Shown here one piece after another: positions 11,601 to 21,661 of a DNA stretch of 64,000 nucleotides (its first letter is position 1; each line of letters opens with the position of its first letter). The translations under genes were made by a program, and so were the position numbers. Where the stretch lies: positions 194,283 to 258,282 of the forward strand of contig CAOKAC010000001.1 in NCBI GenBank assembly GCA_948466345.1, given 5' to 3'. The DNA comes from an uncultured Clostridia bacterium (lineage in GTDB: Bacteria > Bacillota > Clostridia > Oscillospirales > CAG-272). The notes beneath the pieces are model-generated. The model was not told the origin of the DNA, made no database searches, and saw only the letters and a list, made by a program, of their open reading frames with translations.

Positions 11601-11688
11601 TTATCTGGACTCTTATGTATTTACCGCAACAGAAGCGGCTGCAAAAAATGCAGAAATTGTGCGTGTAGGCGCAGCAAATTTAGTCTAA
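8680..11688 (+). CDS. Secreted SGNH/GDSL-family esterase with an internal type-I dockerin and non-catalytic beta-rich modules
   Basis: 1002 aa; signal peptide (MKRFFALFLCGAILLGGLCFPATA). SGNH blocks: TVGDSITGG, EFGTNDC, CHPND. Dockerin duplicated Ca loops: DIDNDGVTTPMD and DVDLDGDVLAGD (about nt 11080-11250). Confidence 0.8.
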   Translation: MKRFFALFLCGAILLGGLCFPATAIDEPEDSFLFYEDASPAEAVENAAISYDANHRAIRIAAQADGTVGATVDMRAAVGNPPTADGQLNLVLWVPATNKQAANLELSCGEWTGTCNATAGHRYELYTFDGVTGDTVSITFDAAATDSVYLFAAGGGTDYSADTWNAILENANGHTFTEAELFLDEYEVERYTKEYWDNDKKIVYNESFFPMTNPDGTIDPIQLMYDADRIVSVQNSYLNQEYIYGVDYTLEDGKLVILPNAGIFTWKYNYVFGNNKYGGWWEMLDGGYVYGGQFPMYMTGYLNVTYTYKEDTQFTPKPEAKGYLLDKTLTKLEGGDAVKILTVGDSITGGANCSSSGDVNAEPYADIWHEMAAKKLQLLYPDTTIEYDSIYQGGATAGLCIEKMDEILAANPDLIIIEFGTNDCMQGDPASLYIETLQEAMAAIQENLPDCDIILMPPSISNPYIFPTEWFDAYADALYALEDDGVAVADITGMMRSMLSRKRYLDMTGDNLCHPNDFVSRLFAQTLVATISRDENIEDYSRRLQFYRLENEYYPEQWEQVQALVAEGSSAILACASPREAAAKLLEYKESINQISTKKQIIANAELDPAKLIYSTNRAMDAVADATMANKKYDASDAALVATVTGINPMLYFDYTAGTTSVNADDYTHLVLTIKASTTKKEESASIQYQMVGMEADAYLESISIPLTLDGKYHSYSIDLSQLEGWTGEVGKMAMKLFSRGKTNDSISFSSLILCKDAEEAQKVGAERERIANKEPVPAVTKLFDSDESVHAIPSEITYIRGDIDNDGVTTPMDALEMAKYLAGADTQYVNLWRLDVDLDGDVLAGDAHYQKMILAGIYEAEPAQHKAADVSFDAGQDAAKITTLEDDAAIEIDVSSLGCSADVYKYLTLCLKTANGQPLDATVTVITDTGSASADIAFVNDVMFQASSCAFDKIGGTMEKLYITFHNAADDIIYLDSYVFTATEAAAKNAEIVRVGAANLV

Positions 11689-11698
11689 CAACCAAAGC

Positions 11699-11730
11699 CG
11701 CTCTGCAAAAGCAGAGCGACTTTTCATTTC
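11699..11730. terminator. Hairpin terminator between the convergent SGNH and AGCS genes
   Basis: CGCTCTGC-AAAA-GCAGAGCG then ACTTTTCATTTC. Confidence 0.6.
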
Positions 11731-11739
11731 TCATTATAT

Positions 11740-13098
11740 TTATACGGAAAGTCTGCCCTTCAGGGACGGCTTTTTCTTCTCTGCCAAAGGCTCCTTTTTC
11801 CCTGAAGGAACCTGGAGGATTGCCTCCCGCTTTGCACACCACAACAGGCACCCTACATTCAGGGCCGTCATCAATGATACGACTAAGTCCGCCGTCTGCC
11901 ACATCAACCCTTCCGATATTACAGTCCCGCAAATGCTTGCCAGCGCCTGAATCGCTAAATACAGCCTGTACGGCCCCTTTTTAGAAGTCAAATACCCAAT
12001 CGCTACCGCACCGTACTGCGTCTGGCAAATCACCGTTGCAAAAGCAAATAAAATTACCGAAATACCAATAAAAATACCCGCACCTCGTCCGGCTAAGGCC
12101 GTATATGCATAGATCGTCAGCGGGATACCATCTATCCCCTGCTCTACTCCGTCAGACAGCAAAATCACAAAAGCCGTCATAGAACAAAGAACAATTGTAT
12201 CGGCAAATACTTCAAAAATGCCAAAGCACCCCTGATGATGGGCACTTTTGGTATTTGCTGCTGCATGCGCCGTTGGAGATGTCCCGCAGCCGGCCTCGTT
12301 AGAAAAAATCCCTCGGGTAACTCCAAATCGTATTGCGCGGTTTACGGCAAAGCCGGCGGCTCCGCCTGCCGCAGCGCGCACCGACACGCCGGACGAAAAA
12401 ATCTCCCCAAGCACCTGTGGGAGCCGGTCTCCATTTCGGACTATTATAATCATGGAAATCAGCATGTACGCCCCGGACAAAAAAGGAATCAGTCCCATTG
12501 TTATCTCAGACACCCGTCCTGCTCCACCGCATGCAATCACAAAGGCTATCGCGGCAACTATCCCGCCTAAAATCATTGGCGGCATCCACGAAAAAACAGA
12601 AGCTGCCGCGTGCATCTGCACAATATTTCCTGTAAGCAGCGAATTTGCCACACACAGCAGTGCAAACCCTCCGCCTGCTACCGCACCTGCCCGTGGCAGC
12701 TTTCTGCATAAAATATCCTTTATATAATACATAGCGCCGCCATAAAATTCTTCCCCGGCACGGCGGCGATGCTCTACTGCTATACGTACCTCAGCATATT
12801 TCACACTCATAGCGCACAGCGCGCTGATCCACATCCAAAAAATGGCCCCCGGCCCCCCTGCTACAATGGCCGTTGCAACGCCCGCCATATTTCCAACGCC
12901 TAGTGTTCCTGCAAGCGCCTGACTCAGCGCCCGAAAGGGTGATACACCGCCTCCCTTATGCGCCTGCGCCAGTGTCCTGCAAAACCGAATAGGATGAAAA
13001 ATATAAAAAAAGCGCAGCCGCACAGCAAACCATATTCCCGTTCCTATCAGCAGCGCCGGCATCAGCATTCCGGACAGGAATGTGTTGATTATCTCCAT
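11740..13098 (-). CDS. Alanine/glycine:cation symporter (AGCS family)
   Basis: ORF 11740..13167 trimmed to ATG 13098 (MEIINTFLSG) with GGGAGG 4 nt upstream. SPFRALSQALAGTLGVGNMAGVATAI.GGPGAIFWMW is the AGCS signature; multiple TM segments. Confidence 0.85.
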   Translation of the reverse strand: MEIINTFLSGMLMPALLIGTGIWFAVRLRFFYIFHPIRFCRTLAQAHKGGGVSPFRALSQALAGTLGVGNMAGVATAIVAGGPGAIFWMWISALCAMSVKYAEVRIAVEHRRRAGEEFYGGAMYYIKDILCRKLPRAGAVAGGGFALLCVANSLLTGNIVQMHAAASVFSWMPPMILGGIVAAIAFVIACGGAGRVSEITMGLIPFLSGAYMLISMIIIVRNGDRLPQVLGEIFSSGVSVRAAAGGAAGFAVNRAIRFGVTRGIFSNEAGCGTSPTAHAAANTKSAHHQGCFGIFEVFADTIVLCSMTAFVILLSDGVEQGIDGIPLTIYAYTALAGRGAGIFIGISVILFAFATVICQTQYGAVAIGYLTSKKGPYRLYLAIQALASICGTVISEGLMWQTADLVVSLMTALNVGCLLWCAKREAILQVPSGKKEPLAEKKKPSLKGRLSV

Positions 13099-13257
13099 AA
13101 AGCCTCCCACTATATATCTTGCTTTATGTATATTCGAAAAAGCGGTTCTCCATGCAGTATTGTACATTCCCTTATAATATAAATGATATTATTAGCACTC
13201 AATCTAATTTGCTGAAAAATTTATTTGTTAAATAAATGTAAAGATTCCATATTCCTC

Positions 13258-13285
13258 TTGATTTTTTCCATGTGTATGATATAAT
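13258..13285 (+). promoter_or_regulatory. Sigma-A promoter of groESL
   Basis: TTGATT-16 nt-TATAAT with TGa extended -10, immediately upstream of CIRCE. Confidence 0.6.
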
Positions 13286-13297
13286 GATACACATAGT

Positions 13298-13324
13298 TTA
13301 GCACTTTAGACATTCGAGTGCTAA
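13298..13324 (+). promoter_or_regulatory. CIRCE operator (HrcA binding site)
   Basis: TTAGCACTT-N9-GAGTGCTAA versus consensus TTAGCACTC-N9-GAGTGCTAA (1 mismatch), 36 nt upstream of groES. Confidence 0.9.
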
Positions 13325-13347
13325 ACCGTTTATGGTAAACACTTTAG

Positions 13348-15288
<1,941 letters not shown>

Positions 15289-15300
15289 TAAAAAAATTTT

Positions 15301-15346
15301 AAAAAGTAGGGACGCTTTTACAAAAGCGTCCCTACTTTTATTTTTT
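15301..15346. terminator. Bidirectional terminator (groEL / DUF4097 gene)
   Basis: 14-bp stem GTAGGGACGCTTTT-AC-AAAAGCGTCCCTAC flanked by an A-run and a T-run. Confidence 0.8.
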
Positions 15347-16144
15347 AGAAAGATGCAAATCGCCGCTACGCGTTTCAAAATTCAGCTTACTGAAGCCGTT
15401 CCCTACCTGATAGTTACCGTCAGATTCCTGTCCATCAAAATCGCTGATCAACCTTCCACTCCCAAGCGTATATTCTAAAGAAAATCCACTTTCCTTTGGC
15501 AATATAATTTGAAAATCGCCAGTAACGCTCTTCCCGATAAACCTATTAGGACATTCTGTACATATCGCCATTAGCGCTCCACTGCGAGATTCTGTCTCTA
15601 TCTCGTCAAAAGTTCCCGACAAAGCAATGTCCCCCGCATTGGTCTCTACAAAGGCCTGCTGCGCCGTACCGTCTACCGTTACCCCACCGGACTTTGTATG
15701 AATCTCCAGCATGACCGTATGTACATCATTGATAAATACCGCCGCCGACTCCGTATCAATAGAAATTTCCTCTAGATTTTCCATGGCGGAACGGGGAATC
15801 AACACCTCTAAATCCTTTGAATCCGGAGCAGACATACGAAAGGATGCACTTTTACAAAAACGGATTTTCAGCGTATCTCCATCCAAATAGGAATGCAAAA
15901 GATTTTTCTCATGAGGAAAGGCGCTGTTGTCTGAAAACTGCAGTAGTTCCCCGTCATATACCTTTACGGATACGCTGCCGGCTAGCCAATCCACGTCAAT
16001 CGTCCGCACCAGCGCCGGATCTGCGTCTCCATTCCCCGGAGTATATAAATGGACATCGTCATACGTATATCCCTTTGTACAGCCAGGCAGCCCCCATAAG
16101 CCAATTCCCAAAACTGCTAACAGACAAATATATTTTTTGATCAT
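15338..16144 (-). CDS. DUF4097-like beta-strand repeat lipoprotein
   Basis: 268 aa; lipobox LPGC after a hydrophobic N-terminus. Repeated G/D-rich beta-strand segments (SGGVTVDG, AGDIALSG, TGDFQI, SGDLHL). RBS AAAGGAG. Confidence 0.6.
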   Translation of the reverse strand: MIKKYICLLAVLGIGLWGLPGCTKGYTYDDVHLYTPGNGDADPALVRTIDVDWLAGSVSVKVYDGELLQFSDNSAFPHEKNLLHSYLDGDTLKIRFCKSASFRMSAPDSKDLEVLIPRSAMENLEEISIDTESAAVFINDVHTVMLEIHTKSGGVTVDGTAQQAFVETNAGDIALSGTFDEIETESRSGALMAICTECPNRFIGKSVTGDFQIILPKESGFSLEYTLGSGRLISDFDGQESDGNYQVGNGFSKLNFETRSGDLHLSKK

Positions 16145-16204
16145 AAATTTCTGCTCCTTTCCTCTTTCATCATATCATAAAAATAGAAAAATGCAATACA
16201 ATGA

Positions 16205-16233
16205 TTGACTTTATACGAGATCAGTTATATAAT
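16205..16233 (+). promoter_or_regulatory. Sigma-A promoter for trpS
   Basis: TTGACT-17 nt-TATAAT; the leader to the ATG is only about 35 nt (no T-box). Confidence 0.6.
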
Positions 16234-16273
16234 AAAATGAGTATATTTGCAGGAATGGAGCGTGTCATATCAC

Positions 16274-17284
16274 ATGTATCAGGACAAAAAAGTTGTGTTC
16301 TCCGGTGTACAGCCCTCCGGCGTGCTGACCATCGGAAACTATCTGGGAGCGATCCGAAATTTTCCCAAATTCTCTCGGGAGTACCGGTGTTATTATTGTG
16401 TGGTAGATGAGCACGCCATTACAGTACGGCAAAATCCTGCCGATTTGCGCCGCCGCACCTATGAAACCCTTGCGCTGTATCTTGCCTGCGGCCTGAATCC
16501 GGAGGAAAATGTTATATATGTGCAAAGTCATGTTTCAGCCCATGCAGAGCTTGGATGGATCCTGGACTGTTACACCATGTTCGGGGAATTATCCCGTATG
16601 ACACAGTTCAAGGATAAAAGCAAAAAAAATGCCGATAATGTCAACGCTGGACTGTTTACCTACCCTACCTTGATGGCTGCGGATATTCTTCTGTATCAAA
16701 CAGAATTGGTGCCTGTAGGCGATGACCAGAAGCAGCACCTGGAGATTACCCGGGACATCGCAGGACGGTTTAACAGCATTTATGGGGACGTATTTGTGAT
16801 ACCGGAACCTTTTATCAGTAAAACTCCGTCTGCCCGAATCATGAGTCTGGCAGAACCTACAAAAAAAATGAGCAAATCGGATGAAAATGAAAATGCCACC
16901 GTTCGGATTTTAGATCCCCGGGATGTAATTATCCGCAAATTTAAGCGCGCTGTAACAGATTCCGATACGGTAGTATGCGCCAGAGAAGGTAAAGACGGGA
17001 TTATCAATTTGATGTCCATATATGGGGCGCTTACTGGAAAAAGTTTTGACGAAATTGAGAGTGAATTTTCCGGTAAGGGATATGGAGATTTCAAGCTGGC
17101 CGTGGGTGAAACCTGTGCAGATGTGCTTGCGCCGGTGCAGACTGAATATGCCCGGCTGATCGCAGATAAAAAATATCTGGAAGAAGTAATGGCAGCCGGT
17201 GCGCGTACTGCTGCCCGGGATGCTATGAAGACCCTTTCCAAGGTGCGCAGAAAAGTAGGCTTTACCGATTTCCCTCGGTACTGA
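16274..17284 (+). CDS. trpS: Tryptophan--tRNA ligase
   Basis: ORF 16247 (TTG) trimmed to ATG 16274: MYQDKKVVFSGVQPSGVLTIGNYLGA; KMSKS loop present (KKMSKSD). Confidence 0.93.
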   Translation: MYQDKKVVFSGVQPSGVLTIGNYLGAIRNFPKFSREYRCYYCVVDEHAITVRQNPADLRRRTYETLALYLACGLNPEENVIYVQSHVSAHAELGWILDCYTMFGELSRMTQFKDKSKKNADNVNAGLFTYPTLMAADILLYQTELVPVGDDQKQHLEITRDIAGRFNSIYGDVFVIPEPFISKTPSARIMSLAEPTKKMSKSDENENATVRILDPRDVIIRKFKRAVTDSDTVVCAREGKDGIINLMSIYGALTGKSFDEIESEFSGKGYGDFKLAVGETCADVLAPVQTEYARLIADKKYLEEVMAAGARTAARDAMKTLSKVRRKVGFTDFPRY

Positions 17285-17292
17285 TTACTGCT

Positions 17293-17559
17293 ATGGAAAA
17301 AAACGTAATCTGTGTAGTAGACCGAGTTGAAGAAGGAATCGCCGTGTGCTTTGCTGATCATGATGGGACAGAATTTTCTTTTTCTATAGCCGCACTTGGC
17401 ACCGTACGCGAGGGAGATGCAGTATCCCTTACCATAACCGTCCAAAACGGACTAGAAACCGTCATTGGTATGCGTCCGGCTACCCCCGAGGAGCATGCAG
17501 ATCAGAAAACACAAAATGCGCAGCGTCTGCGTCGCTTGTTTGATAAACATAAAGAGTAG
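17293..17559 (+). CDS. DUF3006-like small protein
   Basis: 88 aa; VVDRVEEGIAVCF.D.DG....I......REGDAV pattern typical of DUF3006; 8 nt after trpS. Confidence 0.5.
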   Translation: MEKNVICVVDRVEEGIAVCFADHDGTEFSFSIAALGTVREGDAVSLTITVQNGLETVIGMRPATPEEHADQKTQNAQRLRRLFDKHKE

Positions 17560-17633
17560 TGCCGGCGGTATAAATTACAACAATAAAAAAACAAAATAAA
17601 CCGGCATGCCGGCATTGGAAACTGGAGAAAGCT

Positions 17634-18917
17634 ATGAAGACAAAAGCAGTAAGATTATATGGAGTAAATGATATTCGTACAGAGGAATTTGAGCTTCCCC
17701 CACTGCAGGATGATCAAATTCTTGCCAGGGTAATTTCAGACAGCATTTGTATGTCCTCACATAAGGCAGCCCTCCAGGGCGCCGCCCATAAACGTGTGCC
17801 GAACAACATTGCAGAGTCTCCTATTATTTTGGGGCACGAGTTTTGCGGGGAACTGGTTGAAGTGGGCAAGAAATGGCAGGATAAATTCCATGCGGGAGAC
17901 CGCTTTGCTATCCAGCCTGCAATCAACTATAAGGGTTCTCTTGCCGCTCCCGGATATTCCTATCATGATATTGGCGGCGGCGCTACTTATGTTATTATTC
18001 CAAATGAAGTAATGGAATGTAACTGCCTGCTCCCCTATCAGGGAGAGGCTTTCTACTGGGGCAGCCTGGCAGAGCCTATGAGCTGTATTGTAGGGGCATT
18101 CCATGCAAATTATCACACAGATCCCGGAAAGTATGCACACCGCATGGGCACCATAGAAGGCGGTGCTATGGCAATTCTCGCAGGTGCTGGTCCTATGGGA
18201 CTTGGAGCAGTAGATTACGCCATTCATGGAGGACGGCCCCCTGCACTCTTGATCGTTACAGATATTGATACTGATCGGCTCGCACGCGCAGCATCTTTGA
18301 TTACCCCAGAGGAAGCGAAAAGGAACGGCGTAGACCTGCGCTATATAAACACTGCCGACATAGAAAGTCCCGTGGAATACATGAAGGGACTTACGGGCAA
18401 GGATGGCTTTGACGATGTATTCGTTTTTGCCCCAGTGGCTCCTGTTGTTGAAATGGCAGACGCGATTTTGGGCCGAGACGGATGCCTCAACTTTTTTGCT
18501 GGTCCTACCAATCCCAGCTTCTCTGCTTCTTTTAATTTCTATAATGTACACTATGCTTCTACCCATATCGTGGGTACCTCCGGCGGCAATAACGAAGATT
18601 TGATTGAATCTCTACGCCTGATGGAACAGAAAAAAGTAAATCCCTCCTGTATGATCACCCATATTGGCGGTTTGGACGCAGATGCACAGACTACTATTGA
18701 TCTGCCTGGTATTCCTGGCGGCAAAAAACTGATTTACACCCATGTAACAATGCCGCTGACTGCCATTGCCGATTTCCGTGCCCAGGCAGAAAAGGGCGGG
18801 CAGCACGCTGCGTTGTTTGCTGATTTGGCGGATATCTGTGAGGCCAACAACAACCTTTGGTGTCCTGAGGCAGAACAGCGTCTGCTGCGAGATATTGATT
18901 TTTCTATTAAAAACTAA
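17634..18917 (+). CDS. Zinc-type medium-chain dehydrogenase/reductase (sorbose-1-phosphate reductase-like)
   Basis: 427 aa; GHEFCGELVEVG catalytic-zinc motif, GAGPMGLGA Rossmann motif. Confidence 0.75.
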   Translation: MKTKAVRLYGVNDIRTEEFELPPLQDDQILARVISDSICMSSHKAALQGAAHKRVPNNIAESPIILGHEFCGELVEVGKKWQDKFHAGDRFAIQPAINYKGSLAAPGYSYHDIGGGATYVIIPNEVMECNCLLPYQGEAFYWGSLAEPMSCIVGAFHANYHTDPGKYAHRMGTIEGGAMAILAGAGPMGLGAVDYAIHGGRPPALLIVTDIDTDRLARAASLITPEEAKRNGVDLRYINTADIESPVEYMKGLTGKDGFDDVFVFAPVAPVVEMADAILGRDGCLNFFAGPTNPSFSASFNFYNVHYASTHIVGTSGGNNEDLIESLRLMEQKKVNPSCMITHIGGLDADAQTTIDLPGIPGGKKLIYTHVTMPLTAIADFRAQAEKGGQHAALFADLADICEANNNLWCPEAEQRLLRDIDFSIKN

Positions 18918-18942
18918 ATAGTTAAATGAAAACAAAATAAAA

Positions 18943-18981
18943 AGGCAGGCACATGGAAATCACCATGCATCTGCCTTTTTC
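18943..18981. terminator. Two-part hairpin terminator
   Basis: AGGCAG..CATGG-loop-CCATG..CTGCCT followed by TTTTT; T-rich on the opposite strand as well. Confidence 0.55.
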
Positions 18982-19050
18982 CTATGCTAAAATATAATCG
19001 GGTGTTAAAACGAAAATAATGTACGTATGCACTTTAAAGTATAGTCCATT

Positions 19051-21465
19051 TTATGTCTGAGATATTAGTACCCTTAGCAAGTATGAATCGTATGCGGTAA
19101 TTTCACCGTCCTGGTCTATATCTGCAGTGATCAGATAAAAATAATCTGCATTGTTTGCCGCGATTAAATAATGCTCCGTAGTATTTATATCGTGTTCAGC
19201 CAAATATTTCGCTAATAAAAACGCGTCAATCGGTGTAATTTCCCCATCACAATCAATATCTCCAAGCTTTAAGCCGCAATCGGTACAAGCTCCGTCCAAA
19301 AAATTATGTTTATCAAAATCAATTGCCCTATATCCCGCTTTGCAGCGACCGCAAATTGCCGGAGAAGAGCAGGTAGACGCTTTTCCGGAATGCCCTAAGG
19401 GATTTCCAAAATTGGATTCATAAGCATATCCGCAGCCTGCGCTGCTGCATCTGTAAATTTTATAGCTAGGATTTTTGCAACTTGCAAAAGCAGAATTCAT
19501 ATTGAATGTATGTGTGTGTTTTGTCTTATATTCTGTAATATTACCAGTATAACTCCTTGAAGCTTTCGGGTATATATAGGGAATGGTTTCGTCAGTATAT
19601 ATATTTAGATGATCTCCAAATGCTGCGTCGGATTTCAAAAAGTTATCGTTGCAAATCGTACCACTGAACTGATTGTTGGCGTCATGACTACGATTGGCGT
19701 CCCAGGTAACATCCATATGATACCAGTTCGTTCCCAGTCTTACCATATTCCATGCATGCCCATCTCTGGAAGGCTCTTGCCCGCTAACATATATGCAATC
19801 AATACCGAACATATCCATAAACAATTTAAAGGTTTGCGCATATGCGTCGCATACACAAATTCTGTTTTTCAGCGCACCCAAAATGGTATATGACTCCTTG
19901 GGAATCGTATCATTTGCATAGTTTTCTCTATCATAGGCAATGTTTTTAACCATCCAATCATGGATTTTTCTAATTTTTGCCCCATATGTATCATTTGCAG
20001 TGATTCCGCTCTCCCGAATAGCAGCAACTGCAAGGCTGTATATTTCCTGATCCTCTTTAGAAAGCTGGCTGACATTTTGCGTGTTCGAACGGTATACACC
20101 CACGATTGTGTTCATACCGAAAGGAATATCCAGAATATCCTGCAAATAATGGCCGGTATATTTACTGTAAGCGTCGCTAAATGCAGTCACCTCAGGCAAT
20201 ACCTTTTCACCCACCTCGTTCTGCGTAGTATAGAAAACGTATTTTCCCGTATAATCGATTACATTGCTTTCCGACTTAAATTTCACCAATCTTGAACAAT
20301 TATAAAAGGCGTAGTCCTCTATTCTTGCAATCTTACCATTAACATCAAAATATGATAAATTTACACATCTATCAAAAGCATGCTCACCTATAGTGGAAAT
20401 CGGTTTTACACATTCAAAGCCCTTTAAAGAACCGCAATCTCTAAAGGCATTTGCTTTTATTGAAACACTTGTACTGGAAGCGGTATTTCCAAATTTAACA
20501 TATGTCAAATTGCTGCAATTTTGAAATGCGCCATTTCCAACGCTTACAACGCTGTCAGGCAAATAAACTGTAGAAAGCGATGCGCAGGAACCAAAAGCCC
20601 TATCTGAAATTGTTGTAATGGAATTATTAAAAACAATCTGTTCTAAGCTTCTGCAATTATAAAAGGCTGAGTATCCGATAGTAGCAAGCTGTTCGGGCAG
20701 TTCAAGAAGCTTTAAGGCACGGCAATTTATAAAAGCAGTATTTCCAATAGAAGTGAGCGAATCAGGAAAATCAATATATTCTAATGACGAACACCCTTCA
20801 AAAGCACCTTCCTGAATCGTTTTGAGATTTTCCGAAAGATATATATTCGTTAGATTTGTGCATCCTTTAAAAGCATTTGCTTTTATGTTAAGGACGCTTT
20901 TTGGAACCTCAAAAACAGATATAGAAGAACAATTTTCAAATGTTCCAGTGGGTATTGAAGTTAAACTGCCTTTGATTTCTACTGTTTTCAAATTTGTACA
21001 TCCCGAAAAGCAATTAGCCCATCTATTTAAGTCCTTTTCTTTTGGAGAACATAAAATTTTTGCAGACTCCAGCTGCTTACAATTTTCAAAACCGGATCTT
21101 ATGATTTGAACGGATGCAGGAATTGTAACCGTTTTAATGGAGGTTCCTGAAAATGCTTGGTGGGAAATACTCCATACGGTGTCAGGAATTTGAACGGATA
21201 CAATATTTTTCATATTTTCAAAACCGTCAACGCGGCCAACAGGAATTCCGTTAATAGATTCCGGAATGACCAAATCAATATTTCCTTCCAGCGGATTACA
21301 ACCCCAGATGGATATCTCTGCTTCTTGGGTTTCAGGATTTATTACTTCGCTATATTTAAATACCACCTCATCCGCTGCTTTTACGGAATAAAGGCTTCCC
21401 AAGACATTAAGAAACGATACTACCATAGAAAAAATTATAAAAATGCTTATGATTCTTTTTTTCAT
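19051..21465 (-). CDS. Secreted BspA-type leucine-rich-repeat / transglutaminase-like cysteine-protease-core / Cys-rich / dockerin protein
   Basis: ORF trimmed to ATG 21465 (MKKRIISIF; AAGGAG 8 nt upstream). About 14 LRR_5-type repeats (IP.SV..I...AF..C..L). Cys-His-Asp core: CVCDAYAQ, DGHAWNMV, HMDVTWD. C-terminal dockerin: DIDCDGEITPID and DIDQDGEITAYD. Confidence 0.8.
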   Translation of the reverse strand: MKKRIISIFIIFSMVVSFLNVLGSLYSVKAADEVVFKYSEVINPETQEAEISIWGCNPLEGNIDLVIPESINGIPVGRVDGFENMKNIVSVQIPDTVWSISHQAFSGTSIKTVTIPASVQIIRSGFENCKQLESAKILCSPKEKDLNRWANCFSGCTNLKTVEIKGSLTSIPTGTFENCSSISVFEVPKSVLNIKANAFKGCTNLTNIYLSENLKTIQEGAFEGCSSLEYIDFPDSLTSIGNTAFINCRALKLLELPEQLATIGYSAFYNCRSLEQIVFNNSITTISDRAFGSCASLSTVYLPDSVVSVGNGAFQNCSNLTYVKFGNTASSTSVSIKANAFRDCGSLKGFECVKPISTIGEHAFDRCVNLSYFDVNGKIARIEDYAFYNCSRLVKFKSESNVIDYTGKYVFYTTQNEVGEKVLPEVTAFSDAYSKYTGHYLQDILDIPFGMNTIVGVYRSNTQNVSQLSKEDQEIYSLAVAAIRESGITANDTYGAKIRKIHDWMVKNIAYDRENYANDTIPKESYTILGALKNRICVCDAYAQTFKLFMDMFGIDCIYVSGQEPSRDGHAWNMVRLGTNWYHMDVTWDANRSHDANNQFSGTICNDNFLKSDAAFGDHLNIYTDETIPYIYPKASRSYTGNITEYKTKHTHTFNMNSAFASCKNPSYKIYRCSSAGCGYAYESNFGNPLGHSGKASTCSSPAICGRCKAGYRAIDFDKHNFLDGACTDCGLKLGDIDCDGEITPIDAFLLAKYLAEHDINTTEHYLIAANNADYFYLITADIDQDGEITAYDSYLLRVLISQT

Positions 21466-21623
21466 CTTGTAAGCTCCTTTTTTACACAAATTGCTATATA
21501 ACTTCCAATGCTTTGCACATTATTGCCGCTTTTCTCATTAATAGAAGCGGCCAAAAAGAAAAGCACCTCCTTTCTTCACCATCCTGCATAATCTGTTCCT
21601 TTCCTGACTTGTTCCGGAGTCCT

Positions 21624-21651
21624 AAAAAGCGCCGGAGTCCCCCCCGACGCT
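21624..21651 (-). terminator. Terminator ending the 7-gene ABC/Yip1/DUF5696 operon
   Basis: Minus-strand AGCGUCGG-8 nt loop-CCGGCGCU (G.U instead of a mismatch on this strand) followed by UUUU, 11 nt after the stop at 21662. Confidence 0.5.
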
Positions 21652-21661
21652 TTTTCTCTCA

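Noticed and set aside
13192-13218. Second CIRCE-like element upstream of groES (TTAGCACTC at 13192-13200)
   Set aside because: Only the left half-site is present. The expected GAGTGCTAA after 9 nt reads TGCTGAAAA, so it is not a functional inverted repeat.
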